This document shows positions 10,164 to 16,872 of a stretch of 64,000 nucleotides of DNA, piece by piece. Within the stretch, counting starts at the first letter, position 1. The number at the start of each line of letters is the position of its first letter. The position numbers and the translations under genes are program-made. A model generated the notes under the pieces. It saw only the letters and a list, made by a program, of their open reading frames with translations, was not told the origin of the DNA and searched no databases. The stretch spans positions 22,740-86,739 of the forward strand of contig JAGWBK010000022.1 in NCBI GenBank assembly GCA_021295915.1, in the 5' to 3' direction. The DNA is from Dehalococcoidia bacterium (GTDB lineage: Bacteria > Chloroflexota > Dehalococcoidia > Lucifugimonadales > UBA1123).

Positions 10164-11563
10164 CTAGGCGTCGTAGTAGAGGAAGAACTCGTATGGGTGC
10201 GGGCGCAGGCGAATGGCGTCCACTTCCTCTGTGCGCTTGTAGTCCAGCCAGGTCTCGATCAGGTCGGACGTGAAGACGTCGCCTGCGAGCAGGAACTCGT
10301 AGTCTTCCTCGAGCGCGTTCAGCGACTCTTCAAGACTACCGGGGACCTGCTGCACGTTGGCAGCCTCTTCGGGCGACAGGTCGTAGAGGTCCACGTCCAT
10401 CGGGTCGCCTGGGTCGATCTGGTTGTTGATGCCGTCCAGTCCGGCCAGCAGCATAGCGCTGAAGGCGAGATACGGGTTGGCCGTCGGGTCCGGGCAGCGG
10501 AACTCTACGCGCTTTGCAGGCGGCGTATCGAAGTATGCCGGGATGCGGCAGCACGCGCTGCGGTTGCGGGACGAGTATGCCAGGTTCACCGGAGCCTCGA
10601 AGCCCGGCACCAGCCTGCGATACGAGTTTGTGGTCGGTGCCGCAAACGCCAAGAGCGCCGGAGCGTGCTGGAGAATGCCGCCGATGTAGAACTTCATCGT
10701 GTCGCTCATGTTGGCGTAGCCGTCGCCGTAGAAGATGTTGGTGCCGTCTTTCCAGATGCTCTGGTGGGTGTGCATGCCGGTGCCGTTGTCGTCGAACAGC
10801 GGCTCTTGTGGGCGATGTTCTTGACCAGGTACTTGTAGATCATGATGTTGTCGGCAGTCTTTACGAGCGTGTCATACACGATGTCGATCTCGCCCTGTCC
10901 GGCGGTGGCGACCTCGTGGTGCTGCTTCTCGATCTTCATGCCCCACTTCTGCATTTCAATGATCATCTCGGAGCGGATGTCGCTCTGAGAGTCAACGGGA
11001 GGTGCGGGGAAGTAGCCGCCCTTGTGACGCGGCCTGTAGCCATTGCTGCGGGTAACTCCGTCCAGCATGTACTCATTGCCGGCGTTCCAGATGCCCTCGT
11101 CCGAGTCCACCCTGTGGTGGGACGAGTTGGCGTCCTGGCCAAAGGTGGCGGAGTCGAAGATGAAGAACTCGGCTTCAGGGCCCCAGTAGCTTGTGTCGCC
11201 GATGCCGGTGGTGCCGAGGTGTGCCTCAGCCTTCTGGGCGATGTTCCTGGGGTCGCGGGAGTAGTCACTGCCCGTCAAAGGGTCGCGGATGTTGCAGAGC
11301 AGGCTGAGCGTCTTGATGCCGTAGACAGGGTCCAGGTTTGCGGTGCTGGCGTCCGGGACGATTAGCATGTCGCTCTCGTCGATGGTCTGGAAACCCCGGA
11401 TGCTGGAACCGTCAAAGCCGGTGCCGCTTGCAAAGAGGTCCTCAGTGATCTCGCTGGGCGGTACGCCTACGTGCTGCAAGGTGCCCGGCAGATCGGTGAA
11501 CTTGAGATCGATGATCTCAACTCCCTCGTCTTGAATGAATCTAATGACTTCTTCTGGTGTCAT
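10164..11563 (-). pseudogene. glnA: Glutamine synthetase type I (GSI-beta form), disrupted by an internal deletion/frameshift of roughly 28 nt near 10803
   Basis: ORF 10706..11563 gives the N-terminal half up to ...[14 protein letters not shown] 10164..10775 gives the C-terminal half, whose frame reads [15 protein letters not shown]... just upstream of its listed Met and includes the DLYDLSPEE adenylylation loop. The conserved [10 protein letters not shown] segment between AHK and PLF is missing and the frames differ. Confidence 0.8.
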
Positions 11564-11627
11564 CTTTCCTCTCCTTAGCTTCTCTCGTCATCACAGCAGC
11601 CAGTCTAAAAGGGGCTTTCTTGGCGCC

Positions 11628-11644
11628 TGTGAACATTCCTCACA
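11628..11644. promoter_or_regulatory. Perfect palindrome TGTGA-N7-TCACA upstream of the GSI-beta gene (candidate operator)
   Basis: TGTGAACATTCCTCACA lies about 65-80 nt upstream of the ATG at 11563, immediately after the terminator of the upstream unit. A TAGACT -10-like hexamer lies about 20 nt downstream on the minus strand. Confidence 0.45.
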
Positions 11645-11680
11645 AATTAAAAGTGCCCGACCGGCAATCGGTCAGGCACC
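11644..11680 (-). terminator. Rho-independent terminator of the small-ORF unit
   Basis: The minus strand reads GTGCCTGACCG-attgc-CGGTCGGGCAC followed by TTTTAATTT. Confidence 0.7.
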
Positions 11681-11761
11681 ATTCTAGCAAAGGGGGTTTT
11701 GGTGTGACGATTCCGCCGAATAGTAGGGTTCGCCCACCCCATCGGCGATCCGCGTTAAACG

Positions 11762-11857
11762 TTACTCTCTGTTCTTGCGCAGCTTGCTGGGAAGGACGAC
11801 CCAGAGTCCAAACAGACCTACGAAAGCTACGCCGCCGAGTATTGCTTCGACACCCAT
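11762..11857 (-). CDS. Candidate 31-aa single-TM micropeptide (MGVEAILGGVAFVGLFGLWVVLPSKLRKNRE)
   Basis: ATG..TAA ORF inside a self-contained unit (phased boxes upstream, terminator downstream). It has a hydrophobic helix and a basic tail. The SD is weak (GGAG 13 nt upstream). Confidence 0.3.
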   Translation of the reverse strand: MGVEAILGGVAFVGLFGLWVVLPSKLRKNRE

Positions 11858-11949
11858 TTTCTTGTTCTTGCTCCTGGTTGCTGGTCTTCGGGCTGCCGGT
11901 GTTTTCCCGGCCCCTTGTTTGTTCGACGCTCACATTATTCCAGCGCCAT

Positions 11950-11987
11950 GTTTCGATGATGTTTCGCAGATGTTAACTTTGTGTTAC
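11950..11987 (-). promoter_or_regulatory. Four direct 5-mers at exact 11-bp phasing (GlnR/OmpR-type box array)
   Basis: The minus strand reads GTAAC-n6-TTAAC-n6-GAAAC-n6-GAAAC. On the plus strand the 5-mers GTTTC, GTTTC, GTTAA, GTTAC start at 11950, 11961, 11972 and 11983. The array lies 93-130 nt upstream of the small ORF. Confidence 0.5.
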
Positions 11988-12055
11988 ATGTCACAAAGTC
12001 CCTGGCATGGACAATCAGCGCTCCGACCGGGAGTCAATCTGCCCAGCGAACCGTC

Positions 12056-12120
12056 CTTCGACAGGCTCCCTTCGACAAGCTCAGGGCGAACGGTTGGGCC
12101 TTGCAGTCACGCTCCATATG
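12056..12120 (+). repeat. Intergenic repeat family A (CTTCGACAGGCTCCCTTCGACAAGCTCAGGGCGAACGGTTG...)
   Basis: 41 nt identical to 13801-13841. Partial copies occur at 41606-41628 and 54834-54849. Confidence 0.9.
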
Positions 12121-12133
12121 GAAAGGAAAGTGG

Positions 12134-12182
12134 TAAAAGAAGAGGTCCCGTCCGCTCAAGCCCCCTTGGAGCGGCCGGGACC
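12134..12182 (-). terminator. Rho-independent terminator of amt
   Basis: The minus strand has GGTCCCGGCCGCTCC...GAGCGGACGGGACC as a long stem, followed by TCTTCTTTT. Confidence 0.65.
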
Positions 12183-12228
12183 TACTAACTAAGGGAATAA
12201 AATCGTCTTTAGGCGATCAACCTGGTAT

Positions 12229-13542
12229 CTAGTTTGCGAGTTCCGGGTAGGCAGTCGCGCCGTGCTCGGGCTCGTCCAGTCCGCTCTCTTCCTCTTCTTC
12301 CGAGGCCCTGAGACCCATGGAGAGGTCGATAGCCTTGAATAGGATGAGTCCGATGCCGAGACCCCAGGCCAGGGCAACGATGATTCCGACGATCTGCGGA
12401 CCGAGCTGAGCGGCGTTTCCGGCGATCAGGCCTTCGACGCCGTTGTGGCCGGATGCGAAGATGCCCACTGCCAGCACGCCCCAGGCTCCGCAGATGCCGT
12501 GAACGGCGACTGCACCAACGGGGTCGTCAGCCTTGACAACGTTCTTGATGAACGCGACGCCCGCGATCATGAGGCCACCGGCGATCAGTCCGATTACCAC
12601 AGAAGCCCACGTGTCCACGTATGCACAGCCGGCCGTTATTCCAACGAGTCCCGCCAGTGCGCCGTTGCATGCCATCTCGATGTCGGCCTTGCCCGTGCGC
12701 ACCATAGTGATATAGATGGCCGCGGTAGCTCCGGCGGCGCCGGCCAGAAGCGTGTTGACCGCGTTCAGGCCCAGGGAGCCGGAGTTTACGTTGAATCCGA
12801 ACCATCCGAAGAACAGAATGAACGTGCCGATAACTACGTACGGGAGGTTGTGTCCCTTCAGCTCGGCGCCCTCTCGGAAGCCCTTCCTGGGTCCGACGAT
12901 GATCGCGCCGGCCAGCGCAAGGAATCCACCTATCATGTGGACGACCGCCGAACCGGCGTAGTCGGCCATGCCCAAGGCGGCGAGCCATCCGTCGTCGCTC
13001 CATGCCCAGTGGCCGTAGATCGGATAGACGACTGCTCCCACGATGAAGCTGTACGCGAAGTAGGCGTTGACTTTCGTGCGCTCAGCCATCGCTCCCGCGA
13101 TGATCGTTGCGGCAGTACCGGCGAATACCATCTGGAAGAACCAGCTCACCAGCTGCGAGTCATCGAAGTCTACGAGGAAGAAGCCCTCGAGGCCGATGAA
13201 ACCGGAAGCAGCGCCGCCACCCATCATCAGGGCGAATCCGAATGCCCAGAATCCAAGTGATGCGATACAGAAGTCCAGGAAGGACTTCGTCATATAGTTG
13301 ATGGTGTTCTTGGAGCGAATCAGCCCCGCTCCAAGGAACGCGAATCCGGCCTGCATGAAGAAGACCAGCGCAGCGGCGACGACTGTGATGAGGTTTTCAA
13401 CCTTCGAGTCGACGTCATCTATGCTCATATCCTGTGCATAGGCTGTCCCTATCGTGCCGAGGAATATCCCCACCCCCAGCAACGCCAGCATTACAAGCCG
13501 GAGCTTAAACGGCGTTAAACCTAAAACTCCTGTGTTGAACAA
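12229..13542 (-). CDS. amt: Ammonium transporter (Amt family)
   Basis: 437 aa, multi-TM, with FMQAGFAFLGAG, AGSAVVHMIGG, FGWFGFN and VHGICGAWGVL motifs. TTG start 8 nt after GAGGAGG. Confidence 0.95.
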   Translation of the reverse strand: MFNTGVLGLTPFKLRLVMLALLGVGIFLGTIGTAYAQDMSIDDVDSKVENLITVVAAALVFFMQAGFAFLGAGLIRSKNTINYMTKSFLDFCIASLGFWAFGFALMMGGGAASGFIGLEGFFLVDFDDSQLVSWFFQMVFAGTAATIIAGAMAERTKVNAYFAYSFIVGAVVYPIYGHWAWSDDGWLAALGMADYAGSAVVHMIGGFLALAGAIIVGPRKGFREGAELKGHNLPYVVIGTFILFFGWFGFNVNSGSLGLNAVNTLLAGAAGATAAIYITMVRTGKADIEMACNGALAGLVGITAGCAYVDTWASVVIGLIAGGLMIAGVAFIKNVVKADDPVGAVAVHGICGAWGVLAVGIFASGHNGVEGLIAGNAAQLGPQIVGIIVALAWGLGIGLILFKAIDLSMGLRASEEEEESGLDEPEHGATAYPELAN

Positions 13543-13628
13543 TTTATTTACCTCCTCATGAAGACGGGGGCCTATAACCTTCGACTAGAGAGCGTAGGCT
13601 ATGGGTGTTTCCAAACCTTTTCTCCGAT

Positions 13629-13666
13629 GTAACATTTTTGTTGCGTTAATGTTGCAGAAGTGTTAA
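13629..13666 (-). promoter_or_regulatory. Second array of four 5-mers at exact 11-bp phasing, upstream of amt
   Basis: The minus strand reads TTAAC-n6-GCAAC-n6-GCAAC-n6-GTTAC. On the plus strand GTAAC, GTTGC, GTTGC, GTTAA start at 13629, 13640, 13651 and 13662. The array lies 87-124 nt upstream of the amt start. Confidence 0.5.
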
Positions 13667-13800
13667 CTGTCGCCTCGTGACATTCCGATCTGACCGTCCC
13701 GCAGAAGGCAACGCCAGTTCTGTCGAGGCGCCGCATGACGAGCTGTGTCACGCGCCAGGGACCTGTTCCGGATTGGTGGGCAGTTCAAGAGGCGAACGCA

Positions 13801-13870
13801 CTTCGACAGGCTCCCTTCGACAAGCTCAGGGCGAACGGTTGCGGGCAAGATGCCCACGCTCCAAATACGG
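13801..13870 (+). repeat. Repeat family A fused to family B (GCGGGCAAGATGCCC hairpin)
   Basis: Same orientation as the copy at 12056. The B part recurs at 54850-54885 and, in diverged form, at 18766-18926. Confidence 0.9.
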
Positions 13871-13977
13871 GTGCCTACTACTCTGGGAGAGAGTCCCGCG
13901 GCAAATCCTGCCTTGTGCAGGGGCAAGAGATGGGAGAGTATTGGGTTCAGAAAACTACCTTTAAGGAGGCGGCCAAA

Positions 13978-14792
13978 GTGGATATGGGACTTACCGACAA
14001 GCTCGCGCTGGTGGCCGGCGGCAGCCGGGGCATCGGCAAGGCGATCGCACTCGACCTCGCCCGCGAAGGCGCGGACGTGGCGATAGCAGCGCGCAACGCC
14101 GAGCAACTGGAGCGTACAGCTGCTGAAATAGAAGACCAGACGGGTAGACGGGCCATTCCGCTGGTCTTCGACGCGACCAGCACTGAGCAGTCAACGAATA
14201 TGGTCAACGATGCCGCTGCGCAACTCGGTGGTCTTCACATTCTCGTAAACAGCGCGTCGCTGCCGGGTGGGTCGCCCTCGGCGACTGGGCCGGTGGAGAC
14301 CGTGGACGAGGAAGACCTGCTGAGAGACTTCGACGTCAAGTATGTCGGCGCGTTGCGCTGCGCCAAGGCGGCCCCCACATCAAGGAGCAGGGCTGGGGCC
14401 GGATCATCAACATCAGCGGCACTAACGCACGGAGGGCTGGCAACCTGAGCGGCGGTGCACGAAATACGTCCATGGTGCACATGACCAAGACGCTTGCACT
14501 TCAGCTTGGGCCGTTTGGCATTACGGTCAACTGCATCCATCCTGGAACGACGCGCACGGAGCGAACTCCGGGCATGTTGGAGGCGCGTGCCAAGGAGCTT
14601 GGCATCACGGCCGAGGAAGTGGAGCAGAGAGATTTCGCTACTGGATCCCCGGGAAGCAACGCTATCGGAAGAATGGTGGACGCAGACGAGGTCGCCTACG
14701 TGACCACCTTCCTAGCTTCTGACAAGGCGTGGGCTATCTCAGGCGAGCTTATCGTTGCGACCGGAGGAGCTGGGAGCTTCGTCTACTACTAG
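13978..14792 (+). pseudogene. SDR-family oxidoreductase with the frame broken at a C5 run (14372-14376)
   Basis: LALVAGGSRGIGKAIALDLAREGADVAIAARN...VKYVGALRCAKAAP in one frame, then HIKEQGWGRIINISG...MVHMTKTLALQLGPFGITVNCIHPG in the next. One extra C would restore a normal SDR. AAGGAGG lies 8 nt before GTG 13978. Confidence 0.75.
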
Positions 14793-15034
14793 GACTCGTC
14801 GAAGTGCACCAGGCATGACCAGAAGCTTCGAGAATCACTGGATTGTCGTGCGGCCCGCCGCGACGGGTGGATTCCGGCCTACGCCGGAATGACGGTTGCA
14901 GGATTAGGACTCGTCAAAGTGCACCAGGTATGACCAGAAGCTTCGAGAATCACGGGATTGCCGTGCGGCCCGCCGCGACGGGTGGATTCCGGCTTTCGCC
15001 GGAATGACGGTTGCAGGATTAGGACTCGTCGAAG
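14791..15034. repeat. 115-bp tandem duplication (2 full copies plus a 14-nt seed inside the pentapeptide gene's 3' end)
   Basis: Units start at 14791, 14906 and 15021 and are about 94% identical. Each unit carries AGGACTCGTCGAAG (the ..FDES* gene end) and a family C hairpin ATTCCGGC-n4-GCCGGAAT. Confidence 0.9.
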
Positions 15035-15762
15035 ACGACTATTCCAAATCCGTCGAAGACCAGGGTGTTGACCTGAGCGGGCAGCATGATCGCGCCGTTC
15101 AGCCTGGCGCGTACGAGGTGGGAACCTGATATCACGGCGCCTCTGAGGTCAGCACCGTCGAACTTCGTTTGATCGTCGACGAACACGCCCGTGAGATGAC
15201 AGTCTACGAATACGGCATCGGTGAAGTCGCAACCACCCAGATCGGCCTCTGTGAAGTTGATCGACTCAAGCTTCTGACCCTTGAAGCTGTGGCCTCGCAG
15301 GGACGCCAGGCTGAAGTCGGTGCGCTCGATCTTGACGCCGTCCAGCCTCGCGCTGGCCAGGTCCACGCCCCTCAGTCGTGACCCAGTCAGGTCGACTCCG
15401 AAGAGGTTGGCTTCGAACATGTCGGCGCCCGAAAGGTCCGAGTCGGTGATCCTGGACAGGTTCAACTGCGCACCTCTGAGCCTGGCCGACGTCAGGTTGC
15501 TTCCTGTTATCTCGGCTTCGTGAGCCTCGATGCGCTCCAGTATTGCGCTCTCGGCCACGGAGTTGGTCAGACGCATCCCAGGGCAGATGAGGTTCGTGAG
15601 GTCCGCCCGGATAAGAGTACAGTTGTCCACCAGGAGCGAGTCGGTCTCGATGTTCCGAAAGTCCGCGCCGTCGAAGTTGCACTCTTTGAATTCGGCAACG
15701 TCATCGAGCATGGCGTAGAAGGCGTCGCCGTCGGTTATGGTGAGGTTTTCGTAGGTCGTCAT
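15019..15762 (-). CDS. Pentapeptide-repeat protein
   Basis: 247 aa with runs of A(D/N)LxG-type pentapeptides (ADLTN, ARLRGAQLNLSRITDSDLSGADMFEANLFGVDLTGSRLRGVDLASARLDG). Confidence 0.9.
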   Translation of the reverse strand: MTTYENLTITDGDAFYAMLDDVAEFKECNFDGADFRNIETDSLLVDNCTLIRADLTNLICPGMRLTNSVAESAILERIEAHEAEITGSNLTSARLRGAQLNLSRITDSDLSGADMFEANLFGVDLTGSRLRGVDLASARLDGVKIERTDFSLASLRGHSFKGQKLESINFTEADLGGCDFTDAVFVDCHLTGVFVDDQTKFDGADLRGAVISGSHLVRARLNGAIMLPAQVNTLVFDGFGIVVFDES

Positions 15763-15795
15763 CTGCGAGCTATTCAGGTTGTGAACGCCGGAACG

Positions 15796-16272
15796 TCAAA
15801 ACTGCCAGCGTGTGGCAGTCTTGGGAAAGTCGCTTTCGGTCCAGGCGATCACCTTGGACATTTCCAGAGTGTACACTTCTTCGAGTTCGCCTCCGAAAGA
15901 AATGCCGTACTTGGATTCATATGCGCTGACGATCTCGGCAGTGGCTCGATGAAACAGCATCTGTCCCTCGAGGATTACGACGTGGTCACCGCTCTCCAGA
16001 TGCACGACTGTCCGGGGATCACGCCGTATGTTCCGATCCTTCAGGGAGTCGGGGTCCGAGAAGAAGTGGAACTGGTCATTCAGCCACAACCCCCAGACCG
16101 GGACTACGTGAGGCGGCCCATCCGCGCGATTGGTTGCGATCCAGTAGCTGCGGGCCTCCGACATCTGCTCAACGACCCACGTCCACTCAACCGGCTCGAA
16201 ACCATACTGTGGATCGCCCACTCCGTAGCCTTCCGGCATGTGCGGGCGGTCTCTCTGTGAATTTGACTCCAA
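15796..16272 (-). CDS. Pyridoxamine 5'-phosphate oxidase (PPOX) family protein
   Basis: 158 aa with SYWIATNRADGPPHVVPVWGLWLNDQFHFFSD...RDPRTVVHLESGDHVVILEG, typical of the split-barrel FMN/F420-binding family. Confidence 0.75.
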   Translation of the reverse strand: MESNSQRDRPHMPEGYGVGDPQYGFEPVEWTWVVEQMSEARSYWIATNRADGPPHVVPVWGLWLNDQFHFFSDPDSLKDRNIRRDPRTVVHLESGDHVVILEGQMLFHRATAEIVSAYESKYGISFGGELEEVYTLEMSKVIAWTESDFPKTATRWQF

Positions 16273-16433
16273 GGGCTCAACACCTCACAAATAACGCCTT
16301 GAGATCCAGATTAGCCCATATCCTCTCGTGAGAATATACTTGACCAAAGGCCAGAAAACTGATATTTGATTGTTAACATCAGTGGTACAATGGTGTGGTG
16401 GGCACCGATTCATAGGTCCAGGACAGGACGGCA

Positions 16434-16685
16434 ATGGTCATCAAGAACTCGCTACACGAACTCGTCGAGGAACTACCGGAGGAGGAGCTGACCACGGCTC
16501 TGAGGTTCCTGCAGTACCTGCGAGACATGGGCGGCGACCCATTCGTCGAGACGGTCATTCCGGATCTCGACGAAGAGGATGAGTTGTCGCTTGAGGAGCT
16601 TCCGCTCGAAGACCAGGAGCGATCGGTCGCTGACGCCTGGCAGGAGTATATCGACAGCAAGGCCACGTCAGGGCAAGCCCTGTAG
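16434..16685 (+). CDS. Small acidic hypothetical protein
   Basis: 83 aa with an acidic Glu/Asp-rich C-terminal half. The N-terminus, LHELVEELPEEELTTALRFLQYL, is antitoxin-like. TGGTACAAT extended -10 upstream. No partner gene. Confidence 0.45.
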   Translation: MVIKNSLHELVEELPEEELTTALRFLQYLRDMGGDPFVETVIPDLDEEDELSLEELPLEDQERSVADAWQEYIDSKATSGQAL

Positions 16686-16872
16686 CCTTCGTGTGTCGAG
16701 GGCCTTCCTCCTGCGGCCCAGTAAGCTTAAGTCTGTATCAGGCCACTCCTGACTTCCCCACGGAGAATTAGCTCTCCGGCATTCTGTCCAACCTTCGCGC
16801 TTCGCACCCAGGTGCACACTCACGCTATCCTTCGTGCGTAGCGTGCCCTACCCACCTGGAGAACTTGTTTCC

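Noticed and set aside
10101-11365. Plus-strand ORFs 10101..10838 and 10514..11365 antisense to the GSI-beta gene.
   Set aside because: They are shadow ORFs of a gene whose product aligns residue by residue with GlnA, and they carry no independent signals.
11640-11933. 97-aa minus-strand ORF between amt and glnA.
   Set aside because: It is low-complexity and basic (RRRSFRRS..), it runs straight through the rho-independent terminator at 11644-11680, and it has no SD. The 31-codon ORF in another frame, or a non-coding RNA, fits the unit better.
11775-12192. Plus-strand ORFs 11775..12188 and 12007..12192.
   Set aside because: They are read through repeat family A and the amt terminator, with the same repeat-derived peptide strings as at 13.8 kb.
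13663-14106. ORFs 13663..14106 (-), 13677..13964 (+), 13745..14086 (+) and the N-terminal 80 aa of ORF 13735..14448.
   Set aside because: They are translated from repeat families A and B (the recurring peptides SFDKLRANG / LRQAQGERL appear wherever the repeat occurs). The SDR proper starts at 13978 after a good SD.
14791-15034. Possible CRISPR array (regular repeats at 14.8-15.0 kb and 18.77-18.93 kb).
   Set aside because: The units are contiguous tandem copies (115 nt and 61 nt) with no unique spacers, there are only 2-3 copies, and there are no cas genes in the window.
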